This document shows positions 49,648 to 58,983 of a stretch of 64,000 nucleotides of DNA, in pieces. Made by a program: the position numbers and the translations under genes. The DNA lies in IMG/VR virus record IMGVR_UViG_3300025889_000075, positions 64,001-128,000 of that record. One strand, 5' to 3'. Each line of letters begins with the position of its first letter. The stretch's first letter is position 1. Below the pieces are notes generated by a model. That model saw only the letters and a program-made list of their open reading frames with translations. It made no database searches and was not told where the DNA came from. This DNA comes from a virus.

Positions 49648-51350
49648 TAGTTTTTAATAAACTACGGTTCAAAAATTTTCTTTCCTCTGGCGATAACTTT
49701 GTAGAACTAGAACTTAGCAAGTCAAACTCTACGCTAATTGTAGGACAAAACGGCGCGGGTAAGTCGACAATGCTTGACGCGTTGTCTTTTGCTTTGTTTG
49801 GAAAAGCACATCGCAATGTTAATAAACCACAGTTAATTAATAGTATTAATAATAAAAACTGTTTGGTTGAGGTTGAGTTTACTGTATTTGGGCAACAATT
49901 TAAGATTGTTCGTGGTTTAAAACCAACGATATTTGAGATATGGAAAAATAATGAATTAATTAATCAGGATTCTCATAATAAAGAGTATCAAAAAATACTT
50001 GAACAAAACATTCTGAAATTAAATCATAAATCATTCCATCAAGTTGTAGTATTGGGAAGTTCATCGTTTATACCTTTTATGCAATTACCGTCTCACATTC
50101 GGAGAGAGGTAATTGAAGATATACTAGATATTAACGTGTTCTCAAAAATGAATACTATCCTCAAAGAGCAAACAGCAAAGTTGAAGGATAATATTTTAAA
50201 TAATTCGCACGACCTTGAAATCGTACAAACTAAAATAGACGCACAGAAGAAACATATCTGTGAGTTAGAAAAAATCTCTGAATCTGCGAAAAGGGAAAAA
50301 GAAACTGAACTCAAAGAGCAGCAAGCAGAGTTGGCCCGCCTTGAGAGTGAGTTCGAGGGTATACAAACAGAAATCCTAGATGAACTGAATGTTAACCTGA
50401 ACAAACTTGGTAAGAAAAAAATGGAGTTCGAGAAATATCAATTTCAATTCGAACAAAAGATTAAGAAGTTTGACAAGGATATATTATTCTATGAGGAGAA
50501 CGATACCTGCCCGACTTGTGACCAGGAAATTACAGAACTTACTAAGGAAAACAAAGTTACTGAGAGCAAAGATAAAAAACAAGAGATTATTAATGCTTCA
50601 AATGATCTCACCACCCAACTCCAAACGCTACAAGTTTCGATTGATGAAGTCCAGACCAAATATCTTGAAGAGAATAATCGAATCGATGATGCGAAAATGG
50701 TACAAGAGAAAATTAGTTGGGCAAAGAAAAGAGTTAATTCTTTACAGAGTGACGTTTCCGAACTCTCGACAGGTATGGATAGCATGTCAACCGCACGAGA
50801 TACACTTGAGAGTCTCAGAAATACGAAGGAAATACATACAACCGAAAGACTCAAACTCGCTGAAGAAAGAGAGTACAATTCAGTAATTACTACCTTACTA
50901 AAAGATACTGGAATCAAGACAAAGATTATTAAACAGTATTTACCTGTTATAAATAAACTCACAAATCAATATCTACAAATTTTAGATTTTTATGTACACT
51001 TTGATCTAGACGAATCATTCAAAGAAACTATTCGCTCGCGACACCGCGATGCTTTTTCTTATGATTCTTTCAGCGAGGGTGAAAAACAACGTATCGATCT
51101 TGCTCTGCTTTTTACCTGGCGTCAAATCGCTAAGATGAAGAACAGCGTTGCTACTAATCTGTTAATCCTCGACGAAACGTTTGACTCATCCCTAGACGCA
51201 GACGGTGTTGAGAATCTAATGAAGATATTAGATACATTAGATAACACAACGAATGTGTTTGTTATCTCTCACAAAGGTGAACTTCTTGACAATAAGTTCG
51301 ATCGTAAGATTGAGTTTGTTAAGGCGAAGAATTTCAGCAAGGTCGCTTGA
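49644..51350 (+). CDS. gp46: Recombination ATPase gp46 (Rad50/SbcC-like)
   Basis: GQNGAGKS, CPTC zinc hook, FSEGEK signature, LILDE. Confidence 0.95.
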   Translation: MIVFNKLRFKNFLSSGDNFVELELSKSNSTLIVGQNGAGKSTMLDALSFALFGKAHRNVNKPQLINSINNKNCLVEVEFTVFGQQFKIVRGLKPTIFEIWKNNELINQDSHNKEYQKILEQNILKLNHKSFHQVVVLGSSSFIPFMQLPSHIRREVIEDILDINVFSKMNTILKEQTAKLKDNILNNSHDLEIVQTKIDAQKKHICELEKISESAKREKETELKEQQAELARLESEFEGIQTEILDELNVNLNKLGKKKMEFEKYQFQFEQKIKKFDKDILFYEENDTCPTCDQEITELTKENKVTESKDKKQEIINASNDLTTQLQTLQVSIDEVQTKYLEENNRIDDAKMVQEKISWAKKRVNSLQSDVSELSTGMDSMSTARDTLESLRNTKEIHTTERLKLAEEREYNSVITTLLKDTGIKTKIIKQYLPVINKLTNQYLQILDFYVHFDLDESFKETIRSRHRDAFSYDSFSEGEKQRIDLALLFTWRQIAKMKNSVATNLLILDETFDSSLDADGVENLMKILDTLDNTTNVFVISHKGELLDNKFDRKIEFVKAKNFSKVA

Positions 51351-51375
51351 TTATTCTTCTTAAATATAATATAAT
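51347..51375 (+). promoter_or_regulatory. Sigma70-like promoter for gp45
   Basis: TTGATT-N17-TATAAT. Confidence 0.7.
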
Positions 51376-51402
51376 GCACTGAAATAAACAAAAGGATATA
51401 TT

Positions 51403-52077
51403 ATGCAACTAAGTGAAAAGACTGTAGAGATTCTGCGCAACTTTTCTTCTATTAACCCCAACGTTGTTATTAATGAAGGCAAAGTTGTTAAGACTATCTC
51501 AGAGGCGAAAAACGTTTTGAGTACAGCGGTGCTTGATGACGAGTTTCCATCTACATTTGGAATCTATGATCTCAACGAATTCCTAAGTGTTATCTCTTTG
51601 GTTGACGACGCTCGACTAAAGTTTGAGAGCACACATGTCTTAATTGGTGATGGTAGCGGTAGATCACGAATCAAGTATTTTTATTCTGATCTTGATATGC
51701 TGACTAAACCCTCTAAAGATATTATAATGCCAGAGGCAGAAGTGAAGTTTGAACTTGATGAAGAAGTATTACGTCGGGTTAAAAAAGCATCTTCTGTTCT
51801 CGGACATACAGAGATGTCAGTCTCTGCTTCAAATGGTGTGATTAGTTTATCGGTAATTGACAACAACGACAAGACTTCCAACGTCTTTTCAATTGACGTC
51901 AACGGTACGGTAAACAGCGAGAATTTTAACTTCGTATTTAACATTAGTAATCTTAAGATGATTGATGGTAATTATGATGTTTCAATTTCCTCTAAATTAA
52001 TTTCGCACTTTGTTAACAAAGAAACCGCTATCGAATATTGGGTAGCACTCGAAAAATCCAGTACGTACGGAGAATAA
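51403..52077 (+). CDS. gp45: Sliding clamp gp45
   Basis: LRNFSSIN...FGIYDLNEFL...YWVALE. Confidence 0.93.
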   Translation: MQLSEKTVEILRNFSSINPNVVINEGKVVKTISEAKNVLSTAVLDDEFPSTFGIYDLNEFLSVISLVDDARLKFESTHVLIGDGSGRSRIKYFYSDLDMLTKPSKDIIMPEAEVKFELDEEVLRRVKKASSVLGHTEMSVSASNGVISLSVIDNNDKTSNVFSIDVNGTVNSENFNFVFNISNLKMIDGNYDVSISSKLISHFVNKETAIEYWVALEKSSTYGE

Positions 52078-52079
52078 TT

Positions 52080-52307
52080 ATGTCGGACAATCAACAAATG
52101 ATTGATCTCGCGAATCGAGTCACGCGCAGCACTGTTGCTGTTATTGACACGATTGCAGCGCGAGGTGGTTTTAAAGGCGAAGAACTCGCCACGATTGGTC
52201 AATTACGTGACCAGTGTATTGCGTTAATCTCAGTAGTTGAGAACGCGCAAAATGCACCATTGAAAACGCCAGCACAGGAAGAAGCGGAAAAGAAAGAAAA
52301 GAAATAA
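52080..52307 (+). CDS. Conserved small hypothetical protein
   Basis: GGAG SD, ATG at 52080; VIDTIAARGGFKGEELATIGQLRD. Confidence 0.7.
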   Translation: MSDNQQMIDLANRVTRSTVAVIDTIAARGGFKGEELATIGQLRDQCIALISVVENAQNAPLKTPAQEEAEKKEKK

Positions 52308-52308
52308 C

Positions 52309-52337
52309 TTGATTACTCCACCTTGAACCTTTATTAT
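52309..52337 (+). promoter_or_regulatory. Sigma70-like promoter for gp44
   Basis: TTGATT-N17-TATTAT. Confidence 0.55.
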
Positions 52338-52357
52338 ATTATGAAATGGAGTAAATC

Positions 52358-53296
52358 ATGTCTACTGACTTTCTTTGGGTCGAGAAATACCGACCCCGCA
52401 AAATAGAAGATACAATTCTTCCTGAATCCTTGAAGACTACATTCCGGAATATAGTCGACAAGGAAGAACTACCGAACATGCTTTTTACTGGTTCGGCGGG
52501 TCTTGGAAAAACAACTGTTGCTCGAGCAATCTGTGATGAACTTGGTTACGATTATATCGTGGTCAATGGATCAGAAGAAGGTAACATTGACACCTTGAGG
52601 GGTAAGATCAAGAGGTTCGCCTCTTCGATCTCCCTCACTGGTGACTTAAAGGTTGTTATCCTTGACGAAGCGGATTATCTTAATCCTCAATCAACTCAAC
52701 CTGCTCTTCGTGCATTCATCGAAGAGTTTTCTCAGAACTGTCGATTTATTCTAACTTGTAACTTCAAGAACAGAATAATTGAACCGCTGCATTCTCGATG
52801 TGGTGTTTATGAATTCAATACTACTAAGAAAGAAATGCAGAGTCTCTGTGCTGATTTCTTTGTGCGATTGATTTACATTCTTGAGTCTGAACAAGTTGAA
52901 TTTAACAAAGACCTAATCGCTCAGATGATTATGAAACACGCTCCTGATTGGCGTCGAATCATATCCGAGTGTCAGCGCCACAGTATTGGTGGACAACTTA
53001 CCACTGAGATTCTTTCTAACTCTATCGATAAGAACTTCGATACGCTATTTGAAATTCTTAAGACCAAAGAGTTTAAAAAGATGAGATCCTGGGTCGCTAA
53101 TAACGTTGACCTAGATATGACTGTGGTTCTTCGTCATATATTTGACTCGATGTACGAGCGCGTAGAACCTGCTTCAATACCGCAATTGGTATTGATTATG
53201 GCAGACTATCAATATAAGAATGCGTTCGTTGCTGATCATGAACTTAACCTTGTTGCTTGTCTGACTGAGATTATGGCAAACGTGGAGGTTAAATGA
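52358..53296 (+). CDS. gp44: Clamp loader large subunit gp44
   Basis: WVEKYRP, GLGKTT, DEAD, SRC motifs. Confidence 0.95.
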   Translation: MSTDFLWVEKYRPRKIEDTILPESLKTTFRNIVDKEELPNMLFTGSAGLGKTTVARAICDELGYDYIVVNGSEEGNIDTLRGKIKRFASSISLTGDLKVVILDEADYLNPQSTQPALRAFIEEFSQNCRFILTCNFKNRIIEPLHSRCGVYEFNTTKKEMQSLCADFFVRLIYILESEQVEFNKDLIAQMIMKHAPDWRRIISECQRHSIGGQLTTEILSNSIDKNFDTLFEILKTKEFKKMRSWVANNVDLDMTVVLRHIFDSMYERVEPASIPQLVLIMADYQYKNAFVADHELNLVACLTEIMANVEVK

Positions 53297-54027
53297 AAGT
53301 TCTATTAACAGGATCGAGTGGTTTTATCGGACGTAATTTTTTCAAACAGTATATTGGAAAATATGATTTCCTTTGTCTTGATATGAAAGAAGACAATGAT
53401 GATATACGCAAGCACACTCGGGATCCTTCGATTGAGGCAGTTGTACATCTTGGAGCATACGCTGGTGTTAGGAGATCTCACGAGATACCTCAGCAGTTTT
53501 GGGAAATGAACGTCGACGGATCAAGGAATATTTTTAATCAGTATAAAGATGTTCCTATAATCTATGCGTCTTCTTCGAGCATTTACGAATGGTGGTTGTC
53601 TCCTTACGCTACTACTAAAAAGGTAGTTGAAGAGATAGCACCTCCTAATTCAATTGGTCTTAGATTTCATACTGTTTATGGGGTTGATTCTCGACCTGAT
53701 ATGCTTTATGATAAGATGCTTAAAAGAAAGGTTGAGTATATTACCAATCATACACGCGATTGGACGCATGTTGAAGACGTTTGTGAGGCAATAGATATTT
53801 GCCTTGATAACATTCCGAAACTCAAATTTCACCGAGCGATTGACGTTGGTAATGGAGAACCTGTTTCTGTTAAAGAAATGGCAGATAAACTTTGGCCAGG
53901 AAACAACTTACCTGTTCGAGAAGTCACTGGCGAGCGCGAGCATACATGTGCGAACTCTAAAGAACTTTTCAACTTGGGTTGGAATCCAAAGCATCATATG
54001 TTGAGGGACGATCATGAATCCGTTTGA
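53293..54027 (+). CDS. NAD-dependent nucleotide-sugar epimerase/dehydratase (extended SDR)
   Basis: TGSSGFIG, HLGA, ASSSS, YATTK (YxxxK), RFHTVYG, RDWTHVED. Confidence 0.88.
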   Translation: MKVLLTGSSGFIGRNFFKQYIGKYDFLCLDMKEDNDDIRKHTRDPSIEAVVHLGAYAGVRRSHEIPQQFWEMNVDGSRNIFNQYKDVPIIYASSSSIYEWWLSPYATTKKVVEEIAPPNSIGLRFHTVYGVDSRPDMLYDKMLKRKVEYITNHTRDWTHVEDVCEAIDICLDNIPKLKFHRAIDVGNGEPVSVKEMADKLWPGNNLPVREVTGEREHTCANSKELFNLGWNPKHHMLRDDHESV

Positions 54028-54391
54028 GTTTGTTAATTCTATTAACTACAGCAAAAAAGATATAATGGATGATGATCTTACCGAGAAGGCATACAACTCA
54101 TTTTTGATCAATCGTCAGTTATCTTACTTTCAAGACACTGTTATTGTTGCAAACGAGATGAATCGGTATCATCAGATCGATAATAAGTTGCAATATCATT
54201 TTTTACTAAATATTATTCGTAAGCGCAAAAGATTCTCTAAATGGATTAAACCTGAGAGAGAAGATGATGTGGAAGCGATTAAAGAGTATTATGGATATAG
54301 CAACGAAAAAGCACGCCAGTCTCTTGACCTGCTTTCACCTGAACAAAAAGAAATAATTAGAAACAAGGTGCAGAAAGGTGGAAGAAGATAA
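54014..54391 (+). CDS. gp62: Clamp loader small subunit gp62
   Basis: YNSFLINRQLS...ANEMN...RKRKRFSKW...KEYYGYS. Confidence 0.92.
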   Translation: MNPFEFVNSINYSKKDIMDDDLTEKAYNSFLINRQLSYFQDTVIVANEMNRYHQIDNKLQYHFLLNIIRKRKRFSKWIKPEREDDVEAIKEYYGYSNEKARQSLDLLSPEQKEIIRNKVQKGGRR

Positions 54392-54782
54392 AATTTGGTC
54401 ACCAGCAGATATGCTTGAGGTGACGTTAAATGAACCCGATGATTTTCTAAAGGTCCGAGAAACTTTAACTCGTATTGGCGTCGCGTCAAGAAAAGAAAAC
54501 AAACTGTTTCAATCCTGTCATATTCTACATAAGCAGGGTCGTTACTTTATTGTTCACTTCAAAGAGTTGTTCCTGTTAGATGGTAAGAAATCTAACCTAG
54601 AAGAGAATGATGTTTTAAGAAGAAACACTATAGCAACATTGCTGAGCGACTGGGGGTTGATTACTATTAATGACCGCTCTAAAGCAGCAGAGTGTGCACC
54701 TCTCAGGCAGATTAAGATTATCTCTCATAAAGAAAAACACGAGTGGGAACTTTGTCCGAAATATAATATCGGAAATAAGTAA
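54378..54782 (+). CDS. regA: Translational repressor RegA
   Basis: DDFLKVRETLTRIG...QSCHILHKQGRYFIVHFKELF. Confidence 0.96.
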   Translation: MEEDKIWSPADMLEVTLNEPDDFLKVRETLTRIGVASRKENKLFQSCHILHKQGRYFIVHFKELFLLDGKKSNLEENDVLRRNTIATLLSDWGLITINDRSKAAECAPLRQIKIISHKEKHEWELCPKYNIGNK

Positions 54783-54787
54783 AAAAC

Positions 54788-54816
54788 TTGATTCTAGCAG
54801 AAAAATAAGTTATATA
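54788..54816 (+). promoter_or_regulatory. Sigma70-like promoter for hsp20
   Basis: TTGATT-N17-TATATA. Confidence 0.5.
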
Positions 54817-54821
54817 TATTA

Positions 54822-54886
54822 CCGTCCTCGCGGAATGGTCCGGAGGATAGACAACAACCTTGCTTAAAGATAAGGAGGCAAATATG
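54822..54886 (+). promoter_or_regulatory. ROSE-like RNA thermometer in the hsp20 5'-UTR
   Basis: Upstream hairpin plus CCUUGCUUA-AAGA-UAAGGAGG, where the UUGCU motif pairs with the SD and leaves a bulged G. Confidence 0.7.
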
Positions 54887-55315
54887 GTTACTACACGTAC
54901 TAAAGTGTTTTCATTTCCACATTCTCGTTTCATTGGTTTCGACCATGTCTGGGATGAGATCGAAAGACTAACTGCTGCTGGCGCTAACGAAAAGGGATTT
55001 CCCCGTCACAATATTGTTAAGTATAGTGATACGGAATATGCCATGGAGTTTGCACTCGGTGGTTACAGGAAGAAAGATCTAGAGATCGAAGCAAAACCTG
55101 GCGTCTTGGTGATTCGCGGTAATCCTGAAGACGATACTCGACAGTATCTTCACAAGGGTATTACAACGAAGAAGTTCGTGGAAACTTTTAGACTTGCTGA
55201 CCACGTTGTCGTTGATGGAGCTGAATTCGTCAACGGACTACTAGTCATTAAATTGAGAGTGGAACTACCCGAAGAACAGCGTCCGAGAAAGATCCAAATT
55301 CAATCTCACTCATAA
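54884..55315 (+). CDS. hsp20: Small heat-shock protein Hsp20 (IbpA-like)
   Basis: FIGFD...FPRHNIVK...YLHKGIT...F.LADHVVV.GAEFVNGLLVI.L...PEEQRPRKI; AGGAGG SD before ATG 54884. Confidence 0.92.
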   Translation: MVTTRTKVFSFPHSRFIGFDHVWDEIERLTAAGANEKGFPRHNIVKYSDTEYAMEFALGGYRKKDLEIEAKPGVLVIRGNPEDDTRQYLHKGITTKKFVETFRLADHVVVDGAEFVNGLLVIKLRVELPEEQRPRKIQIQSHS

Positions 55316-55325
55316 GGACGTAAAA

Positions 55326-55424
55326 ATGAAAGTTTTATATAACGAGACTGCTCAAGCAGTATACACAATTGCCATCACATTATTAGTTGCCCCTGCAATG
55401 ATTGCATTGGTGGTGTTATCATGA
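55326..55424 (+). CDS. Hydrophobic micropeptide (32 aa)
   Basis: AAGGA SD; MKVLYNETAQAVYTIAITLLVAPAMIALVVLS. Confidence 0.55.
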   Translation: MKVLYNETAQAVYTIAITLLVAPAMIALVVLS

Positions 55425-55546
55425 TTATTAAAATCAGAAACTACATGTTAGCAGCAATTGTTATTGGTGGTTGTATCCTTGGGTTTGCGGGTCCAATCAT
55501 GTACCCCGAACTTATGGTGAATGCTACCTACATGCCGATGATCTAA
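55421..55546 (+). CDS. Hydrophobic micropeptide (41 aa)
   Basis: ATGA-coupled; MIIKIRNYMLAAIVIGGCILGFAGPIMYPELMVNATYMPMI. Confidence 0.55.
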   Translation: MIIKIRNYMLAAIVIGGCILGFAGPIMYPELMVNATYMPMI

Positions 55547-55556
55547 GGAGAATATT

Positions 55557-55703
55557 ATGCAAATGTGTTTAGTGTTAGCGGCAGTATTCTTTATTGCATC
55601 CTCTGGTGAACGTGCTGAGTTAAAAAGAACTTGCGAAAGAGAAGTCGCAGCAAAAGTCTTTGAAACAAAGCGTGAATGTTATCAGTGGTATAAAGAAGAT
55701 TAA
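55557..55703 (+). CDS. Small protein (48 aa) with hydrophobic N-terminus
   Basis: AAGGAG SD; MQMCLVLAAVFFIASSGERAELKRTCEREVAAKVFETKRECYQWYKED. Confidence 0.6.
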   Translation: MQMCLVLAAVFFIASSGERAELKRTCEREVAAKVFETKRECYQWYKED

Positions 55704-55711
55704 AAAAGTCC

Positions 55712-55786
55712 GTAGCGTACTTAGAGATAAAGGATTCTCGAAACGCTACTAGAGGTTTTGTGGTGTTCCTCCTCAAAAACACCACA
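55712..55786 (+). other. Structured intergenic RNA element (two hairpins)
   Basis: GTAGCGT/ACGCTAC stem enclosing GAGA/TCTC; TGTGGTGTT/AACACCACA stem with CCTCCTC loop. Confidence 0.45.
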
Positions 55787-55804
55787 CCATTTAAGGATTA
55801 TATT

Positions 55805-56479
55805 ATGCACCACGCTTTAATGATAACGGATTTAAATAATCCGATTTCAAATGAGTATAGAAACCACGCAATCTCTTCTTTTAATTCTGTTAAAGATATT
55901 ATTGATATAGAACCTTACCAATGTTACACTCCAAAAAATCCATCTAAACAAATACGATTTAATCCAAGCAAAAAAAGATCTCCGACTGAAATCGCAATTC
56001 TTGAAACATATTACTCGTTATTTAAAAAAATTGCGAACGGTGAAAAATTTATTATTATGGAACACGATGCTTACCTTAGAGGAGATCGTGAAGAAATCTT
56101 TCGTAATCTTTTATCTGAGATAGATTCTTTTGATGTTTGGAACGTCGGTATTGCTGTTGAATGTCATACATTGAAACAAGAATATGCACAACAGTTCTGT
56201 GATAATTTAGAGGATGATTTTGGTGGATCCTTCAAAGGTCCAATGTCTTTGATGAGAAAGTTAAATAATCTACAGTCTGTAGTTTATGTTAAAGATGGAC
56301 AAACAGGAGAACTTTGTAAAGCGAAAAATACGAACGATGCTGCTAAAGGCGTTGGAGAGAGTATCCTCGCTCCTGTTACGCAGTGTTACATACCAAAACT
56401 TGGCTTGACTAACACGGGAAGATCACATAATGAATATACTATTCAAACGCAACCACAGATGATTTTTCTTGACATCTGA
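55805..56479 (+). CDS. Putative glycosyltransferase (GT25-like)
   Basis: TEIAIL..Y.SL.K.I...EKFIIMEHDA resembles the GT25 core (E.GC..SH..LW......ILEDDA); divergent. Confidence 0.5.
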   Translation: MHHALMITDLNNPISNEYRNHAISSFNSVKDIIDIEPYQCYTPKNPSKQIRFNPSKKRSPTEIAILETYYSLFKKIANGEKFIIMEHDAYLRGDREEIFRNLLSEIDSFDVWNVGIAVECHTLKQEYAQQFCDNLEDDFGGSFKGPMSLMRKLNNLQSVVYVKDGQTGELCKAKNTNDAAKGVGESILAPVTQCYIPKLGLTNTGRSHNEYTIQTQPQMIFLDI

Positions 56480-56497
56480 TTCAAAGAAGGATAGAAT
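56469..56497 (+). promoter_or_regulatory. Sigma70-like promoter for gp43
   Basis: TTGACA-N17-TAGAAT. Confidence 0.75.
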
Positions 56498-56503
56498 ACT
56501 TGT

Positions 56504-58933
56504 ATGAAATTCTATACTAATGTATCAAAAGTCGGCAACAACATCCTCTATCGAGGATACAAAGACGGTCAACGTCATTCAGAGAAAATAAAATTTAAAC
56601 CGACCCTTTTCGTTGAGTCCCCAAACGCCACTGGTGAATACAAAACCCTGTACGGCAAACCTGTTGCTCCTATGCAGTTTGACGATTTAAACGAGGCGAG
56701 GGATTTCTACGAAAGATACAAAAACGTTCAAAACTTCGAGATACACGGAATGAGTAATTTTGTGTATCAGTATCTCGCGCACGCATACCCGAACGAAGTT
56801 AAGTTTGACCGCGACCGAATCAACGTCACCACAATAGACATTGAGGTTGCTTCAGACGAAGGGTTCCCAGAACCAGCACAGGCAAACCACCAAGTTATCT
56901 CAATTACTTGCAAGAATAATATCGACAACGTCTATTATGTTTGGGGATTATATCACTATGATGAAACCCTGAGCGAAAAAAATATTAATTATTTCCTTTG
57001 TGAAAACGAAGCAAACTTACTTCGTTCTTTCCTTGGTTGGTGGTCCAGCGCAGTCAATTACCCTGACGTTGTAACTGGTTGGAACACCAAGATGTTTGAT
57101 ATACCTTATCTCGTTAATAGAATTGAGCATGTCCTCGGAAACAATGAATACAAAAGACTCTCCCCATGGGGTTTGGTCAAAGAACGTAAGTTCCATACGC
57201 GCATGGGTCAGGAAGCATTCACCTACGAACTCGAAGGTATCTCTAGTCTCGATTATTATGATCTGTTTCAAAAGTTTGGCGTCCTAACCTACGGACAACA
57301 GGAATCATTTAAACTTGATCATATTGCCCACGTTGTCCTCGGCGAGAAGAAACTATCCTATGAAGAGTACGGTTCGCTACACTCTCTTTACCGTCATGAC
57401 TTTCAAAAGTTTATTGACTACAATATCAAAGACGTTGAACTTGTCGACCGTCTCGAAGAAAAGATGGCATTGATCACGCTCGCTATGACTATGGCGTACA
57501 AAGCGAAATGTAATTATAATGATGCATTCGGCACGACTGGTATATGGGACTCTGTTATATACAACGAACTGATTCCACTCAAGATCATCGTTCCCCCAAA
57601 GGTTGACAAGTTCAAGTCATCAATCGTTGGTGGGTTCGTTAAAGATCCAAAGATTGGAATGCATGAATGGGTTTGTTCCTTTGATTTAAATTCTCTCTAT
57701 CCCAATATCATTGTACAATATAATATGTCGCCCGAGACTATTAGTGAAGACGGTATTTGCGAGGCAGCAAACGGGACTCGATATCGTAATGATGTTGAAG
57801 GTATCATTCCCCGAGTAATTAAGAAGTTCTATGCTGACCGCGTTGAAGCGAAAGATAAAATGCTCGAGGCGAAGAGAAAATATCAAGAGGCACCGACTAA
57901 AAAACTAGAGAATGAAATCACGATCTACGATAACCAGCAGATGGCAGTTAAGATCTTGATGAACTCTCTCTATGGTGCGCTCGCGAATAAGTATTTTCGT
58001 TACTTCGATTTACGTATTGCTGAGGCAGTTACGACCTCTGGTCAACGAGCGATCCTCTGCGCCGAGAAGGCAGTTAATGATGAGATGCAAGAAATACTTG
58101 GCACTAAAGAAGATTATGTCCTGGCGATTGACACTGACTCAGTTTACATTAACATGGCACCTCTTGTAACTGAACATAAACCAGCGAACCCAGTTAAGTT
58201 TCTTGATAAAGTCTGTGAACATTTTGAGAAGAAGATTGCCAAGGCATATGAGAAACAAGCAAAGGAAACAAAGGCATACGAAAACCGTATGATCATGAAG
58301 CGGGAAGCGATTGCCGACCGAGGCATCTGGACTGCTAAGAAGCGATATATACTACAGGTACACAATAACGAGGGTGTACAATATACTGAACCTAAGATGA
58401 AGGTCATGGGTATTGAGGCGATTAAATCCAGCACGCCCCAGATCTGCCGTGATAAGTTTCAGGAAATCTTTAAGGTGTTGTTGAATGGGTCTGAGTCTGA
58501 GACCCAGAAGTTTATCCGAGAGTTCAAGAAAGAGTTTTGTTCGACTCGTCCTGAGGAGGTTGCCTTTCCAAGAACTGCTAAAGAGATATCTAAGTTTCGT
58601 GATAAGAATACGATCTATGGTAAGGGCACTCCAATTCATGTGCGCGGGTCGCTTCTTTATAATCATTACATTAAGGAGAATAAATTACAAAACAAGTATG
58701 AATTAATTAAGAACGGTGAGAAGATCAAGTTTGTTTACCTCAGGACACCAAATTTTATCAAAGAAAATATCATCGCATTTCCGAACGAATTTCCAACTGA
58801 GTTGAAACTGCATAAATACGTGGACTATGAGAAAATGTTTGACAAAACATTCCTTGAACCGTTACGTCCTCTCCTCGACGCTATCGGGTGGCAGGACGAA
58901 CCTAAAGCGTCCCTTGAAGATTTCTTTGGATAA
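56504..58933 (+). CDS. gp43: Family B DNA polymerase gp43
   Basis: ExoI DIEV, FDIPY, YNIKDV; Pol [24 protein letters not shown]. Confidence 0.97.
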   Translation: MKFYTNVSKVGNNILYRGYKDGQRHSEKIKFKPTLFVESPNATGEYKTLYGKPVAPMQFDDLNEARDFYERYKNVQNFEIHGMSNFVYQYLAHAYPNEVKFDRDRINVTTIDIEVASDEGFPEPAQANHQVISITCKNNIDNVYYVWGLYHYDETLSEKNINYFLCENEANLLRSFLGWWSSAVNYPDVVTGWNTKMFDIPYLVNRIEHVLGNNEYKRLSPWGLVKERKFHTRMGQEAFTYELEGISSLDYYDLFQKFGVLTYGQQESFKLDHIAHVVLGEKKLSYEEYGSLHSLYRHDFQKFIDYNIKDVELVDRLEEKMALITLAMTMAYKAKCNYNDAFGTTGIWDSVIYNELIPLKIIVPPKVDKFKSSIVGGFVKDPKIGMHEWVCSFDLNSLYPNIIVQYNMSPETISEDGICEAANGTRYRNDVEGIIPRVIKKFYADRVEAKDKMLEAKRKYQEAPTKKLENEITIYDNQQMAVKILMNSLYGALANKYFRYFDLRIAEAVTTSGQRAILCAEKAVNDEMQEILGTKEDYVLAIDTDSVYINMAPLVTEHKPANPVKFLDKVCEHFEKKIAKAYEKQAKETKAYENRMIMKREAIADRGIWTAKKRYILQVHNNEGVQYTEPKMKVMGIEAIKSSTPQICRDKFQEIFKVLLNGSESETQKFIREFKKEFCSTRPEEVAFPRTAKEISKFRDKNTIYGKGTPIHVRGSLLYNHYIKENKLQNKYELIKNGEKIKFVYLRTPNFIKENIIAFPNEFPTELKLHKYVDYEKMFDKTFLEPLRPLLDAIGWQDEPKASLEDFFG

Positions 58934-58948
58934 TCAATGACTTATCGC

Positions 58949-58977
58949 TTTACATTTGTGACAGAATATGGCATAAT
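58949..58977 (+). promoter_or_regulatory. Sigma70-like promoter
   Basis: TTTACA-N17-CATAAT. Confidence 0.5.
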
Positions 58978-58983
58978 TGTTTC

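Noticed and set aside
55712-55749. Hammerhead ribozyme (GUA...GAAAC)
   Set aside because: The CUGANGA core and stem I are absent.
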